NCBI GenBank assembly: GCA_040954595.2
Contig: CM082582.2
Coordinates: 6,308,303-6,372,302, forward strand
Length of the DNA: 64,000 nucleotides
Origin: Balanoglossus misakiensis
Taxonomy: Eukaryota; Animalia; Hemichordata
Reading direction: 5' to 3'
The stretch's first letter is position 1. Each line of letters opens with the position of its first letter. Shown in pieces: positions 1 through 13,844 of this stretch. The notes below the pieces were generated by a model, which was not told the DNA's origin, did no database searches, and worked only from the letters and a program-made list of their open reading frames with translations. The position numbers and the translations under genes are program-made.

Positions 1-59
1 TTGCAATTCTCAGTTAGTCATCACATCGACTAATCAAATTTTTAAAAATCTTTTTCTAG

Positions 60-479
60 GGTTCTGCGTTTGGAATGACAGCTTATATCATAGCTGTGGT
101 GCTTTTATTTACTGGTTTGATAGTCTACTACTTCGTTGTTTACAGTCATTTCTAGTAAGTATGCCACACAAATGTTTTTAAAAGGAAGAATGGCTGTAAC
201 TTTCAAAAATTCGAATTCTTATAATTTCTGCCAAGATCCTTTCAACTATCATTGTCCACAGTACACACATATTAACCGGCGCAGTTGCTATTGCATTGTT
301 AGTCATCAAAGTTTGTCAACCATCACTGTATGATGTCTCTTCTCGTTTTCAGCACGGAGCATTCTTTGTTGGATGATAGTGATGGATTACTGAAGCTAAA
401 CAGGCAGTCCCAACCGTACATACGTGGACCGGACTCGAACGAAATCAGACAAAGGTCTTCGTATGTCTTGGATAGGTAG
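60..479 (+). CDS. 3' end (last two coding exons) of an unidentified membrane protein gene that begins upstream of the window
   Basis: Exons 60-154 (tttctag|...|gtaagt) and 353-479 (ttttcag|...TAG) join in frame: GSAFGMTAYIIAVVLLFTGLIVYYFVVYSHFYTEHSLLDDSDGLLKLNRQSQPYIRGPDSNEIRQRSSYVLDR*. This is a hydrophobic TM helix followed by a polar tail. An alternative donor (gtatgt) at 461 is possible. Confidence 0.6.
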
Positions 480-2182
480 CGTTCAGTAGTTCCAGCAGAT
501 ATTTTATGACACATACCCCTATGAAAATGGGATTTGGATTTTATAATGAGCTATGAATTTATAATATTATATATATGGACATCTCAGTTGCAGACCATGT
601 CATTATTGTTTTCTTTGATTTTTGATGCAGATCATGAAAGAGATTCTCAATTTGAAATGAAATGTCATCCTTTATGATTTTTCTCCTGTCTTTAAAAGTA
701 AAGTTTTTTTTTCTCAACCAACCATTTAGTTTTTCTTGTGTTGCTGTATGTATGCTGCATGGCAAAAGTGATTTTGGTGTGGTGAAAGTGTAAGACACTT
801 GGAGATCTGGCAGTAGATATATAATAAATGCAGACTTATTTTGGAAATATTCCGGGATGTTTCAGTACTACTGTGCTGTGTTGATACGCACGATCAAGGA
901 TTACCAAGAGCGCCCTCTCTGGGTGTACTAAATGGCCAATGACTTCTTTCTTTTCTATGACACGGCGAGTGACAATAGTACTAGTCTGGGAGCGTGGAGC
1001 TCGTAATTCAGATATTTGACCTACTTTTAAGTTTGAAAGGTTCAAGGTTTTTTTTCTTCTTTCTCTAAGAAAAACGTCTTATTAAAATAATTTGTATGCT
1101 ATCACCAAATCTTCCTAACTTGTTTGGGACATGGAAAAGTTTCATATGCTTGTAAACTTTGTAAAAAACTTTTCCCCCATCATATATTCACTGAAATACT
1201 GCCTACATCGGGAGACAAAATTTTAAAAGTTACTGAAAAGATATGATGCCTTTCCGATAAAGTGAACCAGATGTTTACTTTTCAGAAATTATAGGCCAAT
1301 CTCTCTCAGCACACGGTGTATGTTAATTTTACTTCCACCAGTAAATGACACACTGCAAATCCATTTCACGATCTGCGTCTTTCACTGTATGATCCGACAA
1401 AAGACTCTGTACGCCTTTGAGGTAAAGGCTAAATCAAGGGGATAACATTTTGCGCTATACAGACGCACAGCCTGTTCCGGCCTGTACCTAAGGCTTAGCG
1501 GTCGTGTTTTATTTGTCTGACACGTTGCTACGCTGTTTCCGACTATTTCCATTTGAAGGGTGTGCACACCCCATTTGGGGGAGGGGTTGGCGTTTTCTGC
1601 GCGTGACTCCAAGTGTCTGTCCGTGATGTTATATTCCATTCAAATTGGTTTTCATGGCAGAAATACATTCATTATTTTTGTATGAGCTACCTGATTTGAA
1701 GTTGAATTCCGTGATAGAGCATGCCATCTTCGTTTTTTGCTAAGAGCACCGCAAATAATCCAACTCTTGACATAATGGTTTCGTCCTCGCCCGACTGTTT
1801 ACCTTTGGTGTCATTGTACGCCATTTTATATGCAACCGACATCAACAGTGGCCGCCCAGTACTGTATGTTCGACGTTCCGTGTTTCCGAACCGGTTTTTG
1901 ATGACTTGGAAAGTGTTTCCTTATTGTAATGTCCACGTCTGCACCAGAATTGCCAGGGTACGATAAGCAGATGGCAGTGTTTTAGCTTTGAGTGTTCAGC
2001 GGATCGCGGAGATGTTGGAAGTGGAACTTACTTGTCGTTCACTCGTTGAAGTTTTGACGTTGCTTGACACTGCACTGAAGACGGGACAGAGCCGTGATTG
2101 ATTTCGATGAGGTCAGTACGACGGGAAACCCATTAAAAATTGATATTTTCTGCGACTGTTTGAAGGGCAGCTGAGGATAAAC

Positions 2183-3790
2183 ATGTCTGTCACGACTCGA
2201 GGAAACAAGAAAAGTACTATAAACGCGGCCAAAAGTGACACGGCGGCGGAGAAACACTTGCCAACTCACGACGAACGTCTGTGCATCGAAGCCCTGCTCG
2301 ACTGCAGCGACCGAGCTGAGGATCTTGTTGACACCATTTGTTGTGATGATTGGGCGGAAGCTACCGTCGGGTGGAAAGCGACCGTTCCCAATCCGAAATT
2401 TGTGATCCAGAACCCGATTCCCGTCAAGCGGAGGAAAGACGATGACGATCGGGACGAGCCGAAAGCAGGTAAACATCGCTCGCCGTATGACGGCAATCCG
2501 CAGCGGGGCAAAAATGGAAACACGGCTACGTACAGGTACACAACGAGAAATAAAACTCAAACCCGGCCGGCGAAACCGGTTGAGCAACTGTCAGCCCCCA
2601 AAAGGCCGCCCGATGCGGCACTTCAACAGCACATCAACAAAGTGAAAGAACACTTGGAGATAGCCTTCAAAAACAGAGATCATTCTGATGTGAGCCTCGG
2701 CAGTCAGAAAATCAACGAGAAACTTGTCGCCGAGTTCCTGGGTGATTTACTTCGAAGTGAGGAGCTCGATAAGGAAACTGGGCAATCGCTACAGACTTTC
2801 GCAATATTAAACGCGGCTGGGAAAACAAGCGGGGAAGTTTCGGATACATCGAAAATGGAAGTATCGGGAAATGGCAAAAAGGTCGACAAAGGACAACAAG
2901 GAATGGAAAATGGGAGAGAAGACAAGCAAGGGACGGATCCAAAATTGAAAGATAAGACAGCAGACGACAAATCACTTGCCAGTAGTGGCAGTGATGTGAC
3001 GTTGATTGTTGAAAATACAAGGATTCGCGCAATGCAACAACTTTGCTCTAAACATGAGGCGGGCATGAAAAAAGAAAAAGAATTAGATTTACTGGACAAA
3101 ATAAACAGGCGATTGGACGAATCGCTTGCCGAGAATGACCAATACACGGTCAGACTGAAGAAAAAGTCAGCATATACTGCTGAAAGTGGGAAACTGAATT
3201 CCCGCAGCTACGAAAAGTTCCCCGCATTTACAATTATGCCTGCTGAGCAGGGATTGAAACCACTGAGGAAACTGACACCGTCGCAGAGGAAAGCCTCGGA
3301 TGATAACGACGTCATGGCGAAGATGCTGAAGAGCGAGAGTGAGGTCGATTTGAGGGGTCACGTTGCGAGTGCCCCCAGCGCCATCGCCTCTTCGGGTGTG
3401 AGCAGTTCACTGTCCTGTACCATGTCCACTGACGCGCTGGACCGGTATAACCAAAACTCCACTCCCTCGCCGAACAATAACTTCATGACGAAGGGCATCA
3501 ACGGGAAGAGCATCTCCAAAATCCCGGCGCTGCTGAAAAACAGTCCGTACGCACAACCGGTGGTGTTCACCGACAGAGACAGGAAGAAGGTGAACGTGCG
3601 GCCCAGGAAAGTGGCCTCCATATCCACGCCCAACAACTCCGAGGGTCTGAGCCCCAGGCCGCTGGGGGACCCGGTCATGGCACCCAGGCACATCCAAGAC
3701 AGGAACACCACCACCATAGCCACGGAGCTATTGCCAGGTATTGACGGACGCAAAATGGCAGTGCCACTCATGACACAGAGACTATTGTAG
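2183..3790 (+). CDS. C16orf46: Uncharacterised, largely disordered 535-aa protein; probable C16orf46 (DUF4529-like) ortholog
   Basis: Long GC-richer intronless ORF. N-terminal ERLCIEALLDCSD...DDWAEATVGWKATVP resembles recalled human C16orf46 EKNHVYCLLDVSD...TGWEEAVQGWGRTSP. C-terminus LLPGIDGRKMAVPLMTQRLL resembles VLPSLTVSRVIIPVSTHRIL. It is convergent with ATMIN, as in human. Confidence 0.7.
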   Translation: MSVTTRGNKKSTINAAKSDTAAEKHLPTHDERLCIEALLDCSDRAEDLVDTICCDDWAEATVGWKATVPNPKFVIQNPIPVKRRKDDDDRDEPKAGKHRSPYDGNPQRGKNGNTATYRYTTRNKTQTRPAKPVEQLSAPKRPPDAALQQHINKVKEHLEIAFKNRDHSDVSLGSQKINEKLVAEFLGDLLRSEELDKETGQSLQTFAILNAAGKTSGEVSDTSKMEVSGNGKKVDKGQQGMENGREDKQGTDPKLKDKTADDKSLASSGSDVTLIVENTRIRAMQQLCSKHEAGMKKEKELDLLDKINRRLDESLAENDQYTVRLKKKSAYTAESGKLNSRSYEKFPAFTIMPAEQGLKPLRKLTPSQRKASDDNDVMAKMLKSESEVDLRGHVASAPSAIASSGVSSSLSCTMSTDALDRYNQNSTPSPNNNFMTKGINGKSISKIPALLKNSPYAQPVVFTDRDRKKVNVRPRKVASISTPNNSEGLSPRPLGDPVMAPRHIQDRNTTTIATELLPGIDGRKMAVPLMTQRLL

Positions 3791-4319
3791 AGTTTCTGTT
3801 TGTTTATCCTTGAAAAAAAAACGCAATACACAAAACCCTTGTACCTCTACTGGACATTACTACAACATGTATGTTTCTTTGTTGACAAGGAAGAGACAAA
3901 CTTGGCGTCCACTTCCCAAATATTTTGGGTGATAATCGTGCAGTGCCTCACAAAGATGCACCATTTCCTGCACGCACCTGGTGTACACATGGTTTTCTAT
4001 GTCTTACACAGTTTTAAATAGTGGGCCTTGGTATTTGTTGATGTGTGATCACTTCATGACCAACAGCCATTCCAAAGCCTTAGTTCACATACATCCCTGT
4101 AATTCTTCTATAACTATATCTGTCAGTATGCCCTCTAACAAACTTGATTTTTGAAGGAAAAATACTTTTAGTTAGTTTAGTTTGAAGAATAGTATAAATT
4201 TCTTTGTGTCAGCCTGTATCTTCTTTACATGCAAAATGAAAAATTAAATTTTTATCTCAGTAGCATATGTCTTATTGGCCTGGGGTTGCACTTGTTTGGT
4301 TTCATTGCTCTGTAAATTA

Positions 4320-7300
4320 CCAAAGTGTTGAAATCAAATCTTCAGGTAAAATAACTCAGGTTCTATAACTTCTTTGTCCTATGTATGTCATAAACTCATA
4401 TGTATGTGGAATTTTAAATTATCCATAAGTGAGATGACTGCCAGCTGTCTCCATAATGTATTTTGTTTAGCTGTGAACTGGTCTAAACCTATACTATGTC
4501 ATGCCATGACTACCCTGCTAGAATGTGATCCCGTATGTAGAATCACCCAAACTGACATCATTATTTGTACATGTCCCAGAACTACACATTGCAGAGGTCC
4601 AAATTGTCCAGCATTATGATAATGTGCATTGCAGCAATGTTCATGATGAACCTGCAACCAAATTTTTTTTTTAATTGAAAAATACAGAATACAGTTTTGT
4701 AATTTTTTTACCAGTTGGAAATCCACACTGTATTCCCAGCCCACTTTTTGTGGTTTAAAATATAAAGCTTGTATTTTTTACTGGACTTGAGGGTGTAAAG
4801 TTTTATTAGGTGAAATCAATACATGGAGGGTACTATGTAATCTGTGTTCTGTTGAAACCCCCAAAGATAATAGCGTGTAATTTAAAGAATATCAAATGCA
4901 CCATCTCATTAGCTACAGTGGGTGATATAATGTAGTCATTATCATAAACCTCCTATCTGGTATTTACGAAAAATAGTCCCTGGCATATTTTTCACTTGTT
5001 TGTCACAAGCAAAGGGGCAAAGTCACAATCTATGGACAATAGTACATACTTTTGATTCATGTGAGCAAGTTTATCTGCTTAGGAAATGTTGACTTATCAG
5101 TTGTCAGCCTAGGAACACCAACTTTGAAGTACTTTGAAGTCACCAGTGATAATTTCCGACGGGTTCAATAAATTATGTCGTTGAATTCCTGACAATCATC
5201 CAAAAGTTCTGCAACCAGACTGTGGGTAGAACTCTCCTTCATGTTTTACCAAGAGTAAACATCTAAAATTGATTTGAAAATCAACCAGGGATAGTGACTT
5301 TGTCCTTTGAGTGTAGGTAATCTGACACATTTCACAAATATTAAACATTTGTGTGCTAAACTAACATCACAGTGTCAATAAAAGAGAACAGAATAATTTG
5401 ATTTATATAACTTTGTCAAAAAAGTAAACTCATGTACATGAAAATATCCTTTCTCGGTGTATTTCATAATGTTGGCCTCATAATTCTCAAACATGTATTT
5501 ATGTTTAATATCTTCTATTTCTGTACCATATCTTGGGTTTAGACGCCGCTGTTCTCAATATGAGTGGTGTGCTGGACGGAAAAGGTTTCGTAAATGGTGA
5601 GGAAAGCGTTTCCGTGACAATCAGTGTGAAGTTTTCGTACTCGCACGGCATCTCAAGGAAATGAGAAAAGTCATGATGCTGTACAAGATGCTGTATGTGT
5701 TAATTAAATTTTGCTGATTTGAGACCGTCAGTCAGGTTAACTTGGAGACAAGGCCAGTCTACATTTTTGTTTCCAGACTCTTTTCATGACGCATAGTACA
5801 GATTCTGTGATCAATGCACAGAATTAAAAAGAAAAATCAATAATCTTTGTGTGATCAGCAATTCACATACAACTCACCGAGTCCCAATGGTTCGCGCATA
5901 TCAGGTTACCGTGGGGGTAACTCATAAATTTTCATGCCCGTGCCTGCCCATTCCAAAGTTCGAAATCATCTTAGAAACACAAGTACACTTGATAAATACC
6001 ATGTCTGCTGTTGCTTGGACAAGTATACAAATAATACACCACTTCAGAAGTTTTGCATTAGCGCACAGGCTGTGGTGAGGGTTATATACTCGAAATTGTG
6101 ACCCCCCTGACAACCTGTGTGAGTATGGAACGGGATATGTTTACTCTCTTGGCAAAACATGAAAACGGGTTGTCAAGTGAGTTTTTCGAAACCTGAAAAC
6201 TGTTCGAAATGTAAAAAGTGAAGTTTAATTGAGGGGATAATATATTTTTGATTCTTCAGCCTCCAAAATCAATACGATCAATAAGAAACTTGAGTTTACC
6301 ATATCGGTGGAAACAATACTGACACTGTGATATGCTGCCCAGACTTTTGATTGTATTGTATCTTGGATTGACTCCAAATTTCTACTTGAGACTGCATGGT
6401 CAACCAACTTTCCAATTGCATAACAGCCAAGTCTTTAAAAAATGAGGCAATTTTCCACCTGTAATATTACTCTGAAGGTATGCTGTAATTTGACTAAGTG
6501 GTCAAGACCTTTGTTGTTCATGATCCTAATATTATTTTGCAGTTCAGTACATTGCTGTGTAGCCACTGAACTGCCCAGAAATCAGCGGCATATTTGTTAG
6601 TACATATACATTGGAATTGGATAATATTTTCTTTGTCACAGTAAATCTAATGGATAAAGTTCAAATGGCAGAGGGTGTACATGCATGTGATGATGTATCT
6701 AAGTTAAATCTCCTATCTTTACATGGCCAACAAATGCAAATATGTAATCAATTCCCGGCAAACACAACTCACTGTTTGTGTTGTGTCACAGCTGAGCTGC
6801 TCATAATTTCAAAGATTGCGAATTTTATTCTGATTTAATACCCAACTTTTTTTCTAGTTTGTTCCTCTTCTCTTAACCGCATACCTTCAGAACTCAGAAG
6901 TACCTGAAACCAAATTTTGTCAGTGTTGTTTTAGCCGCTCCCAGCAAGCTGGTGTTAAGAGAGGACATTGTTGACATACTATTGCAGACAGGGTTGGTGC
7001 GTCACCAGACAAAAGTGCATTCACTCACAATGGCCTGAGAAACAATTGTATTTGTACAACCGAAAGGTCTTGTGTGTAATCAAGCAGATCTAGATACTGC
7101 TTGCTTTACTGAAGTAGCCAAGACAGTTAAACAAAGCGATCGCTGTAACATTTCGAAAGGAGTTGTGAAATGACGTTCTTTGAATTGTCAAGTACTACTA
7201 CTAGCAAGAATGTGTACATGAACCGGTTTGTGGAGTAATTAATTGCAACATCTTGGTCCCTATAGTCCAAACCAATCAGCAACACTTTTCTGCATTTACT

Positions 7301-8390
7301 ACACTGGTTAAGAAATCCCATAATATGTATTATTATAAGTAAAGGCTCCTTAATGTATTTTACCTTACTTGTTCATTCATTTCTTTGAAATGTCATACTT
7401 TTTTATCAATTTTCACCCTCAACCAGATTTACAGTGTTGGATGATCTTTGCATGAAATTTACAGAAGAAAGAAATAGAAGAAGCATTATCGTATTTTCTG
7501 TGTGTTTGCTCTCATTTTTACTTACCACAGTGATTTTGGTAAGGAACTGAATACATGGTCCCCGGAATGCGTGTTACACAGTGACCGACAAATTTGTGGG
7601 CCGCCTGTGTTACCTGTTGGTCTGTTTCAGTTGTACATGTACGTTCAAGAATGCTGGTTGCCATGGAGATAAAGGTTACATACACGAACTCAGTCTGCTT
7701 CATTTCACATTTTCAAGTCTGTGATATGAGCGCTGTGGAATATAAAAACATGGAAAACCATGAAATGGTCTGAAACATACCGTGGAAAATTGACACACTG
7801 TTCCGAGAGAAATATTAGAAGTGAGTGACATGCCCCAAAGTACAGTGTTGACCTTGTCAGATTATTACACAGGCACTTGACTTTAAGCCTTCTCTAAGTG
7901 CGTGTCACACTTGACTGAGTACAAATTCTTCAATATTTATTCTGCACTAGTTCCTGCAGGATATCGCTAAAGAAAAGAGCACATTGGGGCATTTTGATCG
8001 CGAGCAAATGACTGCTTTCAGATGCAGATGTGAAGAGGATCCAGGAAGGGGTGCTCGATATGTATAGGGTGGGGACAGAAAAAGGATCAACAAAAGCAGA
8101 CGACTGCATGTCTTCAGGTGACTCACTCTGACCCTTACGCATCCATTATTGCCTGACCGGTAATTACATGTATGCATGCCCCACATATGACTTGTAATTT
8201 TACCTCACTGTTGTTAGTTTGGTATGTGTAACTCTGGCATGGTGATACGTACGTAGGCAGGCCATGCAGGCCGGGTCAAAGGTTATCGCTCGTTGATGGG
8301 CGCCACCCACAGTACAGGTGCAGTATATACCTGTGCCTGCGCAAAGCTTTTGTTGTGTGTGGTGCATTGTTTTGTTGTGTACTCCATACA
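4320..8390 (-). pseudogene. Possible decayed multi-exon gene or intron-containing element, identity unknown
   Basis: Several minus-strand segments are bounded by yag|...|gt sites (about 8155-7782, 7733-7524, 7034-6883, 6458-6300, 6192-6000, 5678-5527). They carry protein-like partial frames (e.g. LVDHAVSSRNLESIQDTIQSKVWAAYHSVSIVSTDM|VSKNSLDNPFSCFAKRVNISRSILTQVV) broken by stops and frameshifts. Confidence 0.3.
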
Positions 8391-11273
8391 ACTGGTATCA
8401 ATGGTATGATGTGTTGCCAAGTGTGCAAGGCAAAGCTAAACACCTTTATTCCGTGGTGTCGTTTTTCACCGCAACAGGAATTCGGAGGGAGGTAACAAAC
8501 GTCCCACTGCCTTTTGTGGCGTTAGCGAAGCATGCAAGGACAAAAACATGTAGATCGGTGCTAGATTTCTTTTCTACAATCAGAATCACAGCAAACAGAT
8601 TATTTGTTATGGGATATTGGCAGTGTAAATTCTGTCACAGTGACATACCCCACATAGGCCTATTTCACTGTAGTGGTATTGTCTGACAGACCGTTAAATA
8701 AGCAACAAAAACTATACATACTAATGTAGGATAAGCGTGTGATTTTAAAAAGAGAATGGTTTGTAAAACACAAGAGACATAATAATAGTCGCACTGTAAT
8801 ACAAAAGTCATGTGAGTTACTGTTTACATGATACAAAAAAGACATTGTTTTGGACGATATAGTTTCTTTGAACTCGTGCCAACGTTCCACGTCATATGTT
8901 TTGAACTAAAATGATGGGACGTTTGTACCCTGCATTTCTTCAAAGCCCGCAGTGTTGACAACTGAACTTAACTGCAGTACCCAAAGTTCACGAATATAAA
9001 ATCTTCCAATTGAGACTGCGTGATTGTTGCTCGGTACAATCGACATGCTGCACCCAGCAAGATGATGATGAACGAAGCAAACACGCCTCGCGGAAGATCT
9101 ACAGCCTACAGGATTATTTCTGCTTGTCTGCGGTTTAAAAAAGTAATCTTGCTTCACCGTGATTGTGTCTGGTTGCGTGTAAATGTCGACAGATCAATTT
9201 GACAGATTACGCTAAGATTTAATTTAGATAGGATTTAGTCGGTAGCCTTGAAAACCGCAACGCATTGCCGCTTCCTCCAGTACTTCCTAGCCACAGACTT
9301 ACTGTGGGTAACCCAGCAAGGAGTTCTTATGCTGGGTTTAAATATAGGTTTACTGTATTTGCTTTTGACTGTACATACTCAGTATATCAATCTTTGAGAG
9401 TATTAATTGGGATTTCTTGTGCCTGAGAGCCTCTGCTTGTTTTTCCCAGGCAAGTCTCCATGGTGGGGTTATTAAGTATTTAGAACTCAAGCGGGTTTTA
9501 GAGCATTGTACGTACGTGCGCGACTCATTCATCTTTGTCAGAAAACGACTTCCTAGTATTCGCCATTTCCTGAGGAAATTGATCAAACTGCGTCCATCTG
9601 CGGTCGATTCTGAAGGCGAAATGTGACAATTATTAAGAATTTATTGATTTCAGACAAAGGCGGGATCCGAACACTCAATTTGCGTCATAGAAACAGTTTT
9701 TCGTACCTTCGTCGTTTGTGAAAATACAGGAATCGTAAAACTGCACATTTCGGTCAGTAGACATTTGCAATTGTGTTCTATTTCTATATAATATATACAC
9801 TGGTATCTACCATTATGAAACTGCCAACGAAATAAGTTCCCAACATTTTTACAGCAATATCTCATCACAGTCAATATTTTCCACCAATGTGATTATTTTT
9901 TAATTTAATAAACAGTAACTGTAACTTGTTCCTTTGATTCTCTGAATTTCCCAGTCAAAAACTACTTTAATACATATTGAACATGTTTTTGTTAAAAAAA
10001 AATCATTCCTCACATAGAGTTGATCATTTAGATTATCGACCGAAAAAGTTAAAGACTTTACCTCCACCGCTTCAGCCGATTCTCTTGAGAAAGTGCAAGA
10101 TGATTTGCTTACGAAACCAACTTAGATTTAAGTGAAGATGAGATATTACGAGTGAATGCTGTGAAAAGTGGGAAATACATTGAATAAAGCAGGTCGATTA
10201 ACCAACCCTGCAGCGTTTGTGACGTACACCCAGATTCAATCTTTGAACACACTTCTTTCTTTAACTTCCATTGAAAAGCACCCAGAATGAATGCTGATTT
10301 CTCATTTAGGGACTAAAGCTGATCGATAATGGTTTCACAGCTCGATGCTTTGCTCCTTAGTTTTTGCTACAAAGAGAAGGAAGCACGGAATTAATTACCC
10401 ACTATTTACCCAGGTATTTAATCATGAATGCGCTCTTACTTGCGCGATTCAATCACGCTTTGCGCAAACTGTAATGCTACACGGCTTGGATCCCGATTAA
10501 TCCGTGCACGAAATTAATTTGTGGCATGAAAAGATTTCAAGTAAAGCGTCCGAAGCGACAGAGAAAATTGGTGCATTTAGCCACGGTATTTGCCCACTTC
10601 AAGTATACAGCTAAATTGCATTTCCATTCAAAACTAATATTACGTTGATAAGGTCATATTGGAAATTAAAAACTGAAATTACATATTGCCGTAAAAGTGT
10701 GTTAAAGCAGCACTCCAGTTCCTTGAAGTGCTACAACATAAATTTACGTAACTGTGCGGAGGATTAAAGGTCCTACTTGGCGGCCAGTAAAATAATCTAT
10801 GGTCTTTAAATAATATTGAAAGGATTTTAAAGATTTCTTGAAAAAACACTCTGCATTTGTAAACACAGGATTGTACATATACGTCAAAACATACATATAA
10901 CTGTTGTGTAAGACCTGACTTGGAGACCTGCCCCTCTGGATAAAAACTCTTGAGAACGGGGGCTTCAGTATACAGAACGTTCAATTGCTGCAGTGTCCAG
11001 GTGACCATGCGGAGGTCAACCTTGTACCTGTGTTGTCAGATTCCTCGGGTACCACACCATTATGCAATGTGACATGCTTGGTTGCGTCTAAAGAGAGCTT
11101 TGTCAGGCTTTCAATTTGAGCCATTCAGCTTGGTCGGTTCAAATACTATTGATCGCTTAGAATGCGCGAATATTGATCGCACTCTAGGCAATTGAACACC
11201 ACGGGCTGACTCGCGCCTCGGCAGTGAATGCGTCGTATATCGGCTGGTTGCGTCCACGGTGTAAACAACTTAA

Positions 11274-11447
11274 AGGTATACGGTCACCTATACAAATTTA
11301 GCCACAGTTACCATGGTAAATTGAGATCTAACCAATCACAGATTTTCAGTGGGTGGCACACGCGAAAATAAAGCGTTCTTTAGAACACTCAAATACGCCA
11401 TTTCAACTATATATGGCGATATGTAAATTGGAGGTGACCGTATACCT
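11274..11447. mobile_element. Non-autonomous DNA transposon (MITE), Kolobok-type
   Basis: TTAA|AGGTATACGGTCACC ... GGTGACCGTATACCT|TTAA: terminal inverted repeats of at least 15 bp, a TTAA target duplication and purine (AG) termini. A matching end fragment (ccgtatacctttaa) lies at about 60779-60792. Confidence 0.8.
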
Positions 11448-12076
11448 TTAAACATTGGCTTAAATCTAGATTTAACGAGACAAATTATTTACCATGACAT
11501 CAATCGGAAAGCAAGTGGGTTAATATTTCAAGGTGATCAAAAACGAAGAATGATTAATAAAAATTAGAAATGTTCAAAATGATATTTGATGCCATATTTT
11601 TCTTCATAAAGATTGTTTCTGGTTGAAGTTTAATCTCGCCTACACAAAGCTACTGTACAAATATTTACACTTTGACATTTTAAATACAAAAAGACCTTTC
11701 ATCTGATTGATTATTGCTTCAGGGAGAAACGACCTCTAGGTCAAAGTAGAAATAAAAAAGTATTTTATTATGTCTATTAAATGGGCGACTGATGGGCTAA
11801 GAGCTTGTTCTGGTTAAGACGCAGAGAAGTCAAGGTGGTTATATCTCCTTGCTGTGTGAGGAACATTTCAGACAAAAAGATTTTGATGTACAGTACTAAA
11901 TTCTAGAAACCCGTCCATACCGAACATTCTTTCCTGTTAATATTCCCAATCTATATTTTATGGTTTGTATTACATTCTGTTCATGTTGTTATGAAGTGAT
12001 ATTGGGCAGTTGTGTAATTTTGATGGTAATAGCAACAGAATGAAACTGACAATGGTATTGCCATTAATGAGGAATA

Positions 12077-12148
12077 GAGGAGGAGGAGGAGGAGGAGGAA
12101 GAGAAAGAGTTGATGACGATAACGATAATGATGATTGTGATGATGATG
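12077..12148. repeat. (GGA)n / (GAT)n low-complexity trinucleotide tract
   Basis: aggaggaggaggagg... followed by imperfect gat repeats. Confidence 0.8.
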
Positions 12149-13844
12149 GCGGATGCGACAGAAAATAAACATAAACTCTTATTGTCAACCGAGTCCATTA
12201 TTGACAAGCATAGCCACTTGTGTATATACACACCACATCACGAGACCTTGACAGTTTCATTCCATCTGGGAATCCTTGAATAGAACTCAGTAATTGCAAT
12301 TTTGACATATCCTAACGAGCAAATTATAGTTTTTATCAACAGCTCGAGGCCACTTAATTTATCTTTCCTCAACACGAAACCTTGATGTGAAACCTTCCAA
12401 GATTAAGTCCAGAAAAAGATATTAATAAATAAACGAAGACATTAAAATTGTGACCCCACATCAAGTATACGTTTATAAGGGAATAATGCAAATTATGGGT
12501 TAGTTACTATGGCAATGGAAATATCTGTGTGTGTGAGAGAGAGATGAAAATTCTCCAATCTCAATGATCAAGAGTTGTTATGTAATGGCGCCGATACTGA
12601 ATTGCAAACTCGAGAAATTCATGGCTACGCAATTATCTCAATGTAACCTATTTTTAGATCGATTTCATTGCTGAGTTTGAGAGTTGATCAAGTGGCCTCA
12701 CGCTTGTAGAAATGAATGTTCAGCTTTAAGAGGAATTACTGCGACTGATCAGAAACCAAGGTTTAACTAATTAATCCAGTTTCTGCGCACAAATATAAAC
12801 CCATCACAAACGTCAATGAATACCTCATTTCCGCACTTTCAGTTTAAGAAAAGAACCACCACTTTCGCTGATGTCGTATATGAATGAAATTTAGATTAAA
12901 TTTACCGTTACTAACAACTTAACCTAATCCAATCTATTTTGCAGGAACAAATTTTACGGGTGAATTTCATTAGAGGATATTACAAAAAAGATCTGCGTGG
13001 AGCCTTCAATCGCTATAAAGGCACAGCAAACAGTGATTTTTTCCGCCTCATCATTAACAGACGATGTTGAATATTCCTATCGATTAGTGGTTGCTATGAC
13101 AACTGTTCATTATGACTTTTTCATCGCATCTTCCATCACGATCTTTTTTCACCACTCACTGAGTGTTGACATTTGGAGTTGCTATCCTACAACCGAACAC
13201 AGAGGGCAACCTCGCCGTGGGACAAAAGTTCAGATTAAGATCTTCTTGACAAAAGGCCGCTGAATGAAAGAACGGACAGATATCTGAATATAAATGGATA
13301 GAACACATGAAGTGTGCATCCTATTATCGACAAATGAAAACCTTGACACAGTGAAGATTCTATGACCCCCCCCCCCACCCCACGATGGTATTTATAGATT
13401 TTATGAATTTTCTTGTCGGGCAGTCTTATCATATGTACGTATTTTTAAAGATTTTTTGAAGATTTGTCAGAATGGTGAAATATTAGTAAAAAACGTCACT
13501 CTGTGATTTTCATGCTGCGCGTTGCTAAGCAGGCAAAAATATTGTTTTCCAATATGGCATCTACAAAAATACATTTTTTGGCAAAACAAGGAAAGATGCT
13601 GTCTTGAGAGATGGAAATCAACTTCAAGCAACCAGTTTTTGCTAAACAACAGCAATACAACCCTTTTAGCTATGCTCCATTTGAAAAGCGATATCGTGGA
13701 GAGAAGCGGTATTACATTTGCATAGCCTTGTCACAATTTGTTCAGTGATGATGCACAGGTACTGGGGTAAATTTGTTTTTCAACAAAGTCATCAAAAAGA
13801 TCTCTCTGCTCTTTGATACCCCAGGCGGTGTTGTATTATGCTCG

